DNA of 64,000 bases. It comes from Euglena gracilis (taxonomy: Eukaryota). How positions within the stretch are numbered: the stretch's first letter is position 1; each line of letters opens with the position of its first letter. A program made the translations under genes and the position numbers. The notes beneath the pieces were generated by a model that did no database searches, was not told where the DNA came from, and saw only the letters and a list, made by a program, of their open reading frames with translations. This document shows positions 37,198 to 50,700 of this stretch, one piece after another. The stretch covers positions 32,326,012-32,390,011 of the forward strand of contig CP154954.1 of NCBI GenBank assembly GCA_039621445.1. Direction: 5' to 3'.

Positions 37198-38472
37198 CGG
37201 CCCCCGGGGGGGAGGGGGAGGCATTTTCCACTGTGAAAAAAACCAGTCAGTCACTTTACCCCCCGGGGCGCAAAGTGGTACTCCCCCGGGGGGATCGGCC
37301 ACTCTACTCTGGAATGAGGAGGAAGAGGCAATGAACATATTCCAAAAAGCCAAAAAAAATTTCCGGCGCCAGGCCGGCCACTTTTTCATTTTCGGGCCTA
37401 CCCCACCCAAAGTTGTGCAAAATGTACAAAATTTGGCAGGAAAATGGCCGCAACTCGGGCTAAAATAAAAAGTTTTTTTTTGGGGGGGCGCGAGGCATGG
37501 TTTTACAGGGCATTCAAAGGGCTTCATTTTTTGCTCTCCGGAATTTCCCCCTAATTTTACTTTATTGTCGAAAATGGTCTTTTAGGGCCGCAAAAGCCGG
37601 AACAGACGCTTGAACACCGGCCAGGCGTGTCGATTAACGGCGAACGGGGGGCACAATGCGCACCGTGCGACACCTCCGGAAATATTCCACGTTTTCTCGG
37701 CCAAATCGCGAGCAAAAAAGATAATCGAATAAACCTTTTTTTGACCGATTTCCCCCCCCCCCTCTTGGTCAGAAAACCGTGCGTGGCCCGCTTGCGGACC
37801 ATCCCTCCCGAGAGGGAACCAATTTTTTTTGGGTCACCACTATTCCGGTGTTTTTCTGCAATTTTTCCCCTGCCAGGTCATACTCTTACCTAGCAGTCCC
37901 ACAAAGACTGGTTTTTTTCAGAGGTGGAGTCTGCAAACCAAAAGTCTTTGAACCACATGGCCGCCTATTGCCAACCCAAGGGCAAATGGGGAGGAGACAG
38001 CCAAAAGGAGCAACCACTCGATAAGTAAAAATGACAAAATTTACAAATGACAAAAACCTGCTTTAAAAGCAGGTTTGTGGTTTTGGTGAAATTTTTTGGG
38101 ACTGGGAGGTTAATTATAATTGTGCTGTGGCAAATTGAAGAACCACCACTCCATTCCATCCTGCCGTCCTGACAGGGCTGGTTCACTGTTCCTTATTACC
38201 AAAGAAAAGACACTGGGGTTTGCAAAAAATGCAGCATGCAGAACCACCGCTGTGAGGCCTATGAGTGGAAACATGGGTATTGAATGCGACGCCAGTAGAC
38301 AACTTCGTTCTCAGTGAAATTCCACCCTTCTGGGTGGACTTTCAATTGCATTCTGAGGAATGTCCAGCATGCTGGAAACCATCATGAAGTTCCACTTTTG
38401 CCTCAAAAAACAATGAAATCAAAGCAGCAGAAGGACAGAATGTGCAGACAGGCGACCATTGTTCCTCTCACT

Positions 38473-38628
38473 TTACATCTTGAGCTTGGTCCTCCTCCAG
38501 TGACGCCGCTTCTCGTTGTATCTTTGCTTGCTGTTGGTCTTGAATCGGACCCAGTACGGAATAGGCCTGTTCTGCTTCATCTTCTTTCCGTACTTCAGCT
38601 TCTGCTTGAGTGTCTTGATGGCACCCAT
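38473..38628 (-). CDS. RPL39: 60S ribosomal protein L39 (eL39), 51 aa, intronless CDS (below the ORF-track cutoff)
   Basis: [51 protein letters not shown], with the hallmark QNRPIPxW and RRHWRRTKL motifs. A polypyrimidine tract plus AG lies 11 nt upstream (probable trans-splice acceptor). Confidence 0.96.
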   Translation of the reverse strand: MGAIKTLKQKLKYGKKMKQNRPIPYWVRFKTNSKQRYNEKRRHWRRTKLKM

Positions 38629-38703
38629 CCTTCCGAGGTCTGAAAAAGAAAAGAGGGACGGAAAAAAAGGTCAAATAAGGATTGACGTAAATCGCGGATT
38701 ACG

Positions 38704-41700
38704 ATGCACATGCGACGAGCTGTGTCCGTTTTTGGGAGGTGTGACGGAAACTTCTTCATTGGCCAAAAAAAGCCTTATCAGGTGCAGATCTCTGAATGGA
38801 TTGAGGAACTACGCTGTTCCGAGCCCAAAATACATTGAGATCTATCAGAGCGATTTTAGCCGAAATGCGTACCCACTGGAGCTCCTGGGTAAAAATTATT
38901 TGACACTGGTTGAAAAATTTCACACTTTTTTCTTTCAGGAGGGTCACATGTGGACTTTGCAAAGTTGTTGTACTCGTTTGCAGGTTTGTGTTGTTGCAAC
39001 AATGTTGTGTGAACATTTTGTGCACCATCAGATCAGGTGGAAAATAAGAAGTTTGAAGTGTACGTTGAGGACTTCAAGAAGCTTGATAGCATAATTGCCG
39101 AGAAAGGCCCATTCTGGGCTGAAGAGAAAATTTTTCAGTCCCCAACTTTCCAAGGCTTGTCAGAGGGCTTCAAGTTCATTCTTGGTGTGTCCCCTCCATT
39201 TGTGTTTCCATCCCTCGACACATTTTGAAATGATTTTTGACAGTTTCTCAGGGAAAGTGGGAAAATGAACACCCGGGAATGTTACACTCAAAATCCGCTC
39301 TCACATTGAGGTTCACTGCACTGGGGTGCTCAAATTTTTGCAGATGAAGTGCTTTCACGTCTGAGCTCTCACTCGTTGATTGGAAAAACACCGAGGTTGC
39401 TCACTGCAGCAGCGTCCACTCATCTCTGCCATGTGCCAAGTGTCAAAGATGACATGGCAGTGACTGGTTTTTTGGACCGACGTCTGCCAATGATTGATCC
39501 CTCTAATTTCGATCCCTCTAATCTCTTTTCTTTTTTTTGAAGTTGAATACTTGCAATGACATGCACGTCGTTAAAAAAATTCACAGGTTGGATTCAAAGT
39601 GAAGGTGCCATCGACCGCCTGGAAAACGTTCGTTTAGCTTATAAGGAACTTGTGAACGAAGCCCGGAAGGAGACAACAGCAACTGTGATTGTTGCAAAGG
39701 TGTGTTTGTTTTGGGAGATGGGGTTTCAAGGTGTCAATTTGGGGTTGAGAAGGCATTTTTTTTTGAGTTTTGAAAATTCTGATAAAATCAAATTTCATAA
39801 GAAAACTCTGAGGAAATCAATTGATCGGACATGCATTTTTCAGTCCGGAACAATAAATCGAAACCTCAGGGGGTCGACCCTGAAGGAATTTTTCCTTGCA
39901 CGATGCACGATGTTCTCTGGGTGGGGCCTCCCAGTGACCACCCAAACCCACGGACCCCCCCATGAAATAAAGTTTGGGCGGCAAAGCCGGGCTGGACCTA
40001 GTGCAAATTTTTTTGAAAAAGGGTCACAGTGGCTGAGTGGTTTTCAGGTTTCAGCAAACAACAGGTTAGCCCCCATGATCACAACCGTCACAAAATGTTC
40101 ACAAAAGATTTTGTTCTGCAAATGCATTTGTGCAGGCTTGTGAAAGAATGAAAGAGTCTGGATTGGGGTTGGGGTCGCTGAGCTCTGATCTCTTCGAGGG
40201 TAGGTGATGAGATGAAAACCGCGGAATCACCTCGATCCCGGCCCAGTTCAAAAATGACCCAGAAATGGGCCAAAAGGCTGAAAAAATGGCCGTAGCTACA
40301 CGAAGAGTTGGGGGAAAAGAAAAGCACACTTGGATTGGGCATTCCAAGGCTTCATTTTTGGTCTCCGGGCATTCCTTTGATTTTGCCTCATTGTCGAGAT
40401 ATTTTGAAAAGGTCAGTTTTGACAAAAAAAACGGCCCACCCCCCCCCCCTAGTCGAATGACCACCCCTCATTTACGACCACCCCCCGGTCACAGGTTGCA
40501 GGTCATGGGGGTGTTATGACCCCCCCCCGGGTCACAGGTTGCAGGTTGCGAAAAATTTAACACCACCTTACCTGTGACCGCCTCCTCATTTACGACCACC
40601 CCCCGGTCACAGGTTGCAGGTTATGGGGGTGTTACGACCCCCCCCCCCCCGTCACAGGTTGCAGGAACCCGGTCATACGACAGGGGGGGGGCGGGTAAAA
40701 GAACAGGTATTTGTTCGCAACTCGACCGCCACCTAACCCTGACCCTAACCCTAACCAAAATTTTTGACTCTGCTGTTTGGGGGTGGCGGTCAAGTGGCGA
40801 ACAAGAACCAAAAAAGCACCCCCAAAATGGCAATTTTGGACCACAAAAGCACCACAAAAGCGCTGGAACACGGGCCAGGCGCGTCGGCAGCTAAAGCGGA
40901 AAATGGGGGCGATAGACTCCAGGGGCATCTGACCGACACTTCCAAAAGAGATTCATTTTCTTGAGATATCTTCTGTCGATTTTCTTGAGGTTAATATCTT
41001 CTTCTCGCGCCTGTTCCGTGACAAAAGGGGATTTTGTTATGGGGGGGGCAGCAGGCCACAGTGCTCTAGTTTCCTGTCGCTGGGAAATCCTAATTTCACA
41101 ATTCTGATATTCGAAGAGAAAAATTGTTTCTGTGTGGTTCATTAAGCATCTTAAAGCAAACAGCACCAAAAATCACGACAAGTTTCGCCTTAGATTCTGG
41201 CCGATCCGACGATCGTGGGCGTATCTCGGGCTGCGTGCAACGTCAGGGTGCCAAGTCTCATCTCGTGGGCGCCCCTCATTCGAAAGCTCTTTTCAACAGA
41301 TTTTTCCATGCTGCACGCTACTCTATTTCCAAACAGGGCCAATTTTCACCAAAATTGGTTTTTCCCTCCCAAATGGCAAATTTCATTGTGGTGCATGCTT
41401 AAAACAGTCATCTCAGGACCTCAGGGCCATTTTGCGGCACTTTTTATGACATTTTTAGGAATGACGAAACGCACGCCAGTTTTGGACAGAACCGGCGTCC
41501 CCAACCCCGGGTTTTAGGACAGAACCAGCGTCCGGAAAACCCGTGGGAGGGACGCGGTTCTGTCCTGAACCAGGCGTCCCAAAAGCCGGTCATTTTCCTT
41601 CACATTTGTATGAATTTTTTTTTGGAAGGGGGGCTTAAGAGTTTTTTAGAAGGGGAGCTGGACTAATTATTGGTGGTCTTGCAACTGGTCGCCCCGATCA

Positions 41701-44700
41701 CCAATGTTTGCTTGGCCATCACCAACAGTCGCTAGCGACCACCAAAAAATCCATCACCAATTTCCCGCAATGAGCCCCGCTGGGCCATCGAGCGAAGCGA
41801 GTGGCCCAGTGACTGCTGAATCTGTAAGTGTCGGTCGATTTCACTAAAACCCATTTTGTCTGGGCCCGCACGCCTGTCTTGAATTTCATTCGACTGAAGT
41901 GAAACCCAAAAAGTGTTTTTTGGCCCAATACACCTAACGCCTGAATATTTCGCACTTCACACCGCACAATTTTGCATTTCCCGTCATTTTTTGTGCACTT
42001 TATCCCAAATTTTTTGCACCTCGTCCCAAAACCGTTCCGAAAATTTTTGCACTTGGATTGGGTGTTTTGCACAATTGTCCTTTGAAATCTCAACCGGAGT
42101 GCATCTTTTTCCATTGCGCAGTGCAGGTGCAGTGCAAAAATTTTTGAGACCTTTGGGCAACTTTTTTTGAGGGCGCTGGGCAAAAATTTTGACAGGTTGG
42201 GGCATATGTTTTTGCCAGCCGTGGCAAACATTTCAGACGCTAGGTGTAACGGGCGCCTGAATGGAAGTCGGCTGACATGAAAAAGTTCAGCCTGAATTCC
42301 GTTTGAGTCTGGAAATTCAAGACAGGCGTCGGGCAAAGAAAATAGGCCTTAAAGGAAACCTGAATTGGGAAGCCCTTGAACGCCCTATCTGATAGCCCGA
42401 GATATGGCCGATTAACGGCCCTAAAAGCGCGGCAGGCTTCCGACTCCGCCGTTTTTGACCATTTCAGACAAAAAAAGTTAAAAACGTGTTCAGCCCGCCA
42501 AATGCCTGCCCTGAAATTCGTGGTCATGAACACGTTTTCAATGAGGGCATTTGTGGCAATGACACGTTTTCAGTGAAGGCATCTGTGTTCAGGCACGTTT
42601 TCAGTGAGGCATCTGTGGCAACCCCCAGCAAGAAAAATCGGCGTGCAAAATCGCAATCATGAAAAATCGGCGTGCGGTTGAGAGGCCGGGTGGTCCTCAA
42701 CGGGTGAGGCGGGTCGGGGGCAGGCTAGGTTGCCTTGGCACAACGACAGGGAAGGGGCGAAAATCACGGCACACGACAGGCTTTACACAAAAAAGAGCCA
42801 TACTTTGGTGGCCGCCGCAAATCTTGGCAATGAAAATGATATGCCAAACGGCAGGCGTCACAGACAACTTTGTTCAGCTCCACACAATTTGGATTTTCGG
42901 AATGGCAACACCACAGAAACCACATTTCTCCTGTTTCATAGGCAGTCGGGACACGAACGCGAAAACATCTCGTTGAAGTGGGGGAATTGGCGCTCTGAGG
43001 AAGGCAACACTTCTCCCCGGTCGTTGTTTTGCGGAATGCCCGAGCGACGGCATTCACGTATGTCTGAAAAGAGGTTGCCGAACGATTCCCTGAAACGAAC
43101 AAAGTTCCCGACTGCTGCTCACGTTGAGCCACACATTGTTCGATGACGCTCGCCTCATCGAACAACAGGCTGGGTTCCAGCTCCCATCCCGTCCAGGCAA
43201 CAAAGAAAGCATCCAGCTCAGGATAAGAGGCTTGCCGATGTTGACACAGTTTGGCGAACTCCAAACAGTTGGCAACAGCAGCAAGCTCTGCACCCACGGA
43301 GCCGGACTTTTTCTTTGTGTTGCCATGTGCCAGCAAGGTGCCATGACGGGGTCAACCTTCGGCTTCTTGGCATCTTGCTGGTATACCGCGAGAGCAGCCA
43401 GGAACAGTTCCGTCCTAGGGGGTGGTGGCAAAAGACCATTCACAAAGTTTGCCGTGCGTTTGGCCATATTGGCAGGGCTGCGGGAAAAAGGAAAAAAAGA
43501 AGAAAAAAAGGAAAGGACACGTTTTCAGTGAGGGCATTTGTGGCAATGACACGTTTTCAGTGAAGGCATCTGTGTTCAGGCACGTTTTCAGTGAGGGCAT
43601 TTGTGGCAATGACACGTTTTCTATACACAAATTGTGGCTGAGCCCAGATTTCAGCCTGAAAACGTGTTCAGCCAGGGGCCCCCGAAGGGGGCCTCTGAAC
43701 ACGTTTTCAGGCTGAAATCTGGGCTCAGCCACAATTTGTTTAAAAACGTTTTCAGAGCCCGCCAAATGCCTGCCCTGAAATTCGTGGTCATGATTCACGC
43801 AAGGGGTCAAAAACGCCAATTTGTGAAATTCGGACCCAAAAAACGGCGCCCTCACTGAAAACGTGCCTGAACCCGGATGCTTTCACTGAAAACGTGTCAT
43901 TGACACAAATGCCCTCACTGAAACCGTGTTTGGGCCGATTTTGAGACTTTAAAAGTCTTAAATCTTCGCCCAAAACACGGTTTCAAACAAGAACAGTGTT
44001 TTGGGCCAAGGTTTTAGGGGGGCCCAGGGGCGACCACGGCGCCTTCGGCGCCGCGGTCCCCGCCCCTGGGCTCCCCCTAACTCTTGGCCCAAACACAGTT
44101 CCTGACACAGAAAACGTGCCTGAACCCGGATGCCTTCACTGAAAACGTGTCATTGCCACAAATGCCCTCACTGAAAACGTGTCACCCCCCCCCCTCTTTT
44201 TTTTCTTTTTTTCTTTTTTCCCGCAGCCCTGCCAATATGGCCAAACGCACGGCAATCTTTGTGAATGCCACCTCCCCCTAGGACGGACCCCCTTCATGGC
44301 ACCCTGCTGGCGCAGGGCAACACAAAGAAAAAGTCCGGCTCTGTAGGTGCAGAGCTGGCTGCTGTTGCCAACTGTTTGGAGTTCGCCAAACTGTGTCAAC
44401 ATCGGCAAGCCTGTTATCCTGAGCTGGATGCTTTCTTTGTTGCCTGGACGGGATGGGAGCTGGAACCCAGCCTGTTGTTCGATGAGGCGAGCGTCATCGA
44501 ACAGTGTGTGGTCCCCTGACCAACCCCCTGTGCCTCGTGCTGTGTCCCGACTGCCAAAACACGAGAAATGTGGTTTTTGTGGTGTTGCCATTCCCAAAAA
44601 TCCAAAATGTGTGGAGCTGAACAAAGTTGTCTGTGACGCCAAACAAACAAAGTTGTCTGTGAACAAAGTTGTCTGTGATTGGCATATCATTTTCATTGCC

Positions 44701-47700
44701 AAGATTTGGCAAAAGAGCCAAAGTATGGCTCTTCTGTGTCAAGAAACTGTGTTCGGGCCAAGACTTAGGGGGAGCCCAGGGGCGGGGACCGCGACGCCGA
44801 AGGCGCCGCGGTCGCCCCTGGGCCCCCCTAAAACCTTGGCCCAAAACACTGTTCTTGTTTGAAACCGTGTTTTTAAAGTCTCAAAATCGGCCCAAACACG
44901 GTTTCTTTGTGTAAAGCGTGTCGTGTGCCGTGATGTTCGCCACTCTGTTTCGTTGTGCTCCAAGGCAACCTAGCCTTCTGTTGTGTTGTAGAGTGCCCCC
45001 GACCCGCCTCACTCGTTGAGGACCACCCGGCCTCGCAACCACACGCCGATTTTTCATGACAGTGTTTTTTGCTTTTTACTCAGGGTTGCCACAGATGCCC
45101 TCACTGAAAACGTGCCTGAACCCGGATGCCTTCACTGAAAACGTGTCATTGACACAAATGCCCTCATTGAAAACGTGCCTGAACCCGGATGCCTTCACTG
45201 AAAACGTGTCATTGCCACAAATGCCCTCATTGAAAACGTGTTCATGACCACGAATTTCAGGGCAGGCATTTGGCGGGCTGAACACGTTTTTAGGCTGAAA
45301 TCTGGGCTCAGCCACAATTTGTGTATAAAAAAAATCGAGAAAGGCTTTTCTGGCCGCCTCCCAGACTTGGAAAAACCGTTTTCCAGCCGAAAATGAGTGT
45401 TTTTTGACCCCCCCCCCCAGCCCCCGTTCTCGAAAACCATGCATTTTGGGTCATTTCCAGTTCAAATCCAGTCAGTAGCCCAAATTCGGGCGGGGGGGCC
45501 CCCCCCCCCCCCCCGGGAGTGCCAAACGGTAGACTGGGGGGGGGTAGTGGGTAGTCGGCCGACCAATTGGGTAGTCGGCCGACTAATTGGTCGGCCGACT
45601 AGTCGGCGGACCAATTGGGTAGTCGGCCGACTACCCACTCTAATGTACTAACGGGTCAAAACCGCCGACTTTTAAGCCCCCCCCTGGGAAAATTTTTTTG
45701 TCTAAATCACCTCAAAACCAGTCAAAACCCACCCAAATGGCTCCAGAACCCCCCAATCGGGGGTGAATATGCAAAAAAAAATTGGGGGAAAATGTCCATT
45801 TTGGGCCACTTTTGGCAAAAGTACACCTCTCCCCATTGAATTTTCAATATAAGTCAAAATTTGCACAAAAAGGTCTTATCAAGCCAAGTCTATTGCCAAC
45901 ATAGAAGGGATTTTGTTATTTGAGGGGGGGGGTGCGGGGGGGGGCGGACCCCCCCCCCCCGCCTGTGCCAAAGTGAGCCACAAAAATGACTTAGCCCCCG
46001 AGTATGTTGCCAACACAGAAGGGATTTTGTTATTTGAGGCTCGGATTGGGGTGGAGGGGGGAGTTTTCTGCCTCTCGTGATGCAGAATGCTTGCATTTCT
46101 ACAGTATTTTCATGTAAACCTGTTTCATCATTGGTTTTTTACCACTCCGGACCAGGCTTGTGCTTAGTCGGGTGCCTACCCCACGGGGGGGGGGGGGGGT
46201 GCTAGGGGCAGGCACCCCATAGCCCCCTTTCCGTCCCCCCCTCGGGGGGGGGTAGGGTTTTGGGGGGTGCCTGCCCCTAGCAGGCACCCCCCTCCGACCC
46301 CGGCGCCGAAGGCGCCGGGGGCCCGGAAAAGGCCATTTTCAATGAAAATTTTCTGGGTCCGGCCCGGACCCCTATCCCCCCCCCGGGGGGGGTGTGCCTG
46401 CTAGGGGCAGGCACCCTATAGCACCCACCCCCCCCCCTCCCCCCCCCCGGTTGGTAAGCACAAGCATGCTCCGGACCCCCATCAAGGGCCCACCGACCCC
46501 CCACTGACCAAAGATTTCCATCTGGGGGTGTTTATTTAGGCGTAAGACACTTATTTGGACCCATTCGGACCATTTCCGGGTGTTTTGGGCCCGCCACAGA
46601 CCATTTTTATGACCGCCGACTAGCCCGTTGGAAACATGTGCCAAACCCCAAATTCCACGTGTTGCTTTTGCAAACAACACCACCTTTTTGGGATCTGGCT
46701 CTGACGTTGCCGGGGGGCGGAACATAGCAGCGGGGGAGGTGGGAAATCTACCGCTTGGTAAAACCGTCAAAATTTTTTTTTTGCATATGACCAGGGGGGG
46801 TGGTCGTACGCCCCCCATTACCTGCAACCTGTGACCGGGGGGTGGTCATTATAAAGGGGTGGTCGTTGGACAAAGGGGAGGGGGGGCTCCGTGCGGATTC
46901 CTGGGGGTGATGCCGACCTGGTCGGCCCGACCCCTGTTGGTGGGATACCGACCCCCAAAATCCGCATAACCCCCCCCCCACCTTTTGGAAAATTAAGCCT
47001 TCGTTTGAATAGGTCAATTGTTAAGTAAGGTAAAATTTTTAATTAAAAAAATTTAATAAACCCCTTTTATCCGCCAACCCCTTTTCGGGTGCAAGTCGAC
47101 CTAACCCTATCCCTTTCATTAACAAAATAAACCCCTTTTATCCGCCAACCCCTTTTCGGGTGCAAGTCGACCTAACCCTATCCCTTTCATTAACAAAATA
47201 AACCCCTTTTATCTGCCAACCCCTTTTCGGGTGCATGTTGATCTCGCCTTTTGGAAACCCGGGGGGGGGGTAATGCAGATTTCTGGGGGTGATACCGACC
47301 TGGTCGGTATCACCCCCAGGGGTAGTTACCGACCTGGTCGGCCCGACCATGGTCGGCATCACCCCCAGGATGGTCACCCCCAGGAATCCGCCCGGGGCCG
47401 GGAGGGGGGGTACCCACTACCCCCCCCCCCCCCCCTGTCTCGCCGACTAGCTACCGACTAGGCCTAGTCGGCGGACCAATTGGGTAGTCGGCCGACTACC
47501 CACTACCCCCCCCCCCCCAGTCTACCGCCTTGCGCCCCCCGCGGGGGGTCGAGTGAAATAAAGTTGGGTCCAGCCCGGCCAGCTGGCTGCAGGCTGGGCT
47601 GCCAACTGGGCTGCCCAGCTCACCTATCCCTGCATTTTCCCCTTCATCACAGCTTCCTCCTTCACAGCCCCCCAGCACCTTGATCCAGCACCACCCATCA

Positions 47701-50700
47701 AAAGGTCGAAAATGGCAAAAATGTTTTAGAATTTTTTTTTCATCGACCCAGCCCAGCCTGGCCCTCTCCAGCCCCGAACCAGGTTTTGAATAGTGCTGAG
47801 CTCTTAATAAGCGCGCACCCACCCCTTCATTGACCAGGTGTTGAATAGTGCTGAGCTCTTGATAAGCGCACCCCCACCACCGACGGTCCGGCCCGGCCCG
47901 GCCCGGCCGGCGGCCCGGCCCGGCCCGGCCAGCGGCGGGCCGGCGGCCCGGCGGGCCGGCCAGCGGCCCGGCGTCCCAGCGAATCGTTTCGGGCCCCAAA
48001 ATTTTTTTCAATTTTTTTCGACTTTTTTGACCCGGGTTTGACCCAAAGTCAATGGGTTGGCGGCTCAAAACGGGGCTCTGGCGGGTTGGTCAACGACGGC
48101 TTTTAGCCATTTCCAACCATTAGCTACCATGGACCAATTGCCTGAGTGGTCAAAGACTATGCTGTTGAAATCAGATATCACTTCGGCAGAGACGAATATA
48201 AAACATTTTGGTGGAAACATTTCACATTAATTCAGGGTTTTCGTTTTTTTTTAACTTGCCTCCTGAGCCCTAAATGCTCTCTAAGCGAATTGTACAGTCA
48301 GTATACACGTAGCTCAGTGGTAGAGCACTCGGTTCACAAGGTAGCGGTTGTGGGTTCGATCCCCACTGTGTATAATTTTGCTGAATTAAAACATACATAG
48401 AAGCATATGTCATTTCAAACCAAAAATTCATTTTTGAGGGAATCGAACCCACGACCGATAGATTGTAAGTCGAGTGCTCTACCACTGAGCTATGCGCCTC
48501 TCTGACACATGTTGTCTGAAGGGAAAAATACTAATACATACAGGGAGAATCTTTTTGCATTACTAATATGCAATGAAGGAAATCACACCAATGGAAACAA
48601 AAAATTTTCCGGTCGAATATTGCACGAATATTCGACAATATATTTCACAACATTCGAACGTTCGATTATTTTGAAACATTCGAATATTCGTCGAATATTC
48701 GAATGTTCGAAGCAGCCTTAGCAGAAATGCCAAAAATAAAACAATGAAAAGAGAAATGAAAAAAATAAAAAATAAACATAAAAAAATAAAATTAAAAAAA
48801 CGTCACGTGAAATGATATGACATGGGGGGTGTGGGGGTGTGAGGGGGTGTGTGGGGGGTGTGGGGGGGGTGTGGGGGTGTGGGGGGGTGTGGGGGGTGTG
48901 GGGGGTGTGGGGGGGTGTGGGTGTGGGCGGTGTACCTTGTAGAGACCAATCTAACAACGTTGAGCGGGAAATATTCTGCTGTTTGGACAAGAATCGTAAC
49001 CCTGACCCTACTCCTTCAAATAACCTCACAAAATCTTTTTGGCCACAATGAAACACCATCGGGTTCTTTTGCAGAAATCCCAAAAATAAAAGAATGAAAA
49101 GAGAAATGAAAAAAAATAAAAAATAAACATAAAAAGAAAAATAAAATGAAAAGGGTCACGTGAAATGATGTGACATGTGTGGGGGGGGGGGGGGGTGGGG
49201 GGGTGTGGGTGTGTGGGGGGGTGTGGGGGGGGTGTGGGGGGTGTGGGGGGGGGTGTGGGGGGTGGGGGGGGGTGTGTGTGGGGGGGGGGGGGGGGGGGGG
49301 GTGGGGGGGGGGGGTGTGGGGGGTGTACCTTGTAGAGACCAATCTAACAACGTTGAGCGGGAAATATTCTGCTGTTTGGACAAGGATTGTAACCCTAACC
49401 CTACTCCTTCAAATAACCTCACAAAATCTTTTTGGCAACAATGAAACACCATCGGATTCTTTTCCAGACATGTCAAAAATAGTAGAATGAAAAGAGAAAT
49501 GAAAAAAAAATAAAAATAAACATAAAAACAAAATAAAATAAAAAAGGTCACGTGAATGATGTGACGTGGGGGGTGTGTGTGGGGGGGGTGTGGGGGGGTG
49601 TGGGGGTGTGTGTGGGGGGTGTGGTGGGGGGTTGGGGGCTGTGGGGGGTGCGCTGGGGGGGTTGGGGGGGGGGTGTGGGGGGTGTACCTTGTTGAGACCA
49701 ATCTAACACGTTGAGCGGGAAATATTCTGCTGTTTGGACAAGAATCGTACCCTGACCCTACTCCGTCAAATAACCTCACAAAATCTTTTTAGACAAAATG
49801 AAATACCATCGGGTTCTTTTGCAGAAATGACAAAAATAAAAGAATAAAAAGAAAAATGAAAAAAATAAAAAATAAACATAAGAACAAAAATAAAAATAAA
49901 AAAAGGTCACGTGAAATGATGTGACATGTGGGGGGTGTGGGGGGTGTGGGGGGTGTGTGGGGGTGTGGGGGGGGGTGTGGGGGTGTGGGGGGGTGTGGGG
50001 GGGTGTGGGGGGTTTTTTCCGATTTTTTTCCTACTTTTTTGACCCGGTTTTGAACCAAAGTCAATGGGTCGGCGGCGCAAAACGGGGCGCCGGCGGGTCG
50101 AAAAACGCTCGTTTTCGGCTCAATAACAGTTTTTTTGGGTCCGGGAGGCCAAAAAACATCGTTTCGGGCAAAAATTTTTTTCGATTTTTTTCGACTTTTT
50201 GGACCTGGTTTTGACCCAAAGTCAATGGGTCGGCGGCCCAAAGCGGGGCCCCGGCGGGTCGAAAAACGCTCGTTTCCGGCTCAAAAACAGTTTTTCCGGG
50301 GCCGGGAGGCCAAAAAACATCGTTTCGGGCAAAAAAAATTTTTCGATTTTTTTTCGACTTTTTGGACCCGGTTTTGACCCAAAGTCAATGGGTCAGCGGC
50401 CCAAAGCGGGGCCCCGGCGGTTCGAAAAACGCTCGTTTCCGGCTCAAAAACAGTTTTTCCGGGGCCGGGAGGCCAAAAAACATCGTTTCGGGCAAAAAAA
50501 TTTTTTCGATTTTTTTCGACTTTTTTGACCCGGTTTTGACCCATAGTCAATGGGTCGGCGGCCCAGAGCGGGCGCCTGCGGGTCGAAAAACGCTCGTTTC
50601 GGCTCAAAAACAGTTTTTCCAAAAAACATCGTTTCGGGCAAAAAAAAAAAAAAAAATTTTTTCGATTTTTTTAGAACTTTTTGACCCGGTCTTTGACCCA

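Noticed and set aside
38468-38674. 68-aa minus-strand ORF in the track
   Set aside because: Wrong frame; the real CDS is eL39 at 38473-38628.
39240-39540. Extra OSCP exons inside intron 4
   Set aside because: The direct join 39184 to 39587 gives a continuous OSCP-like sequence (FILG|WIQSEG), so no insertion is needed.
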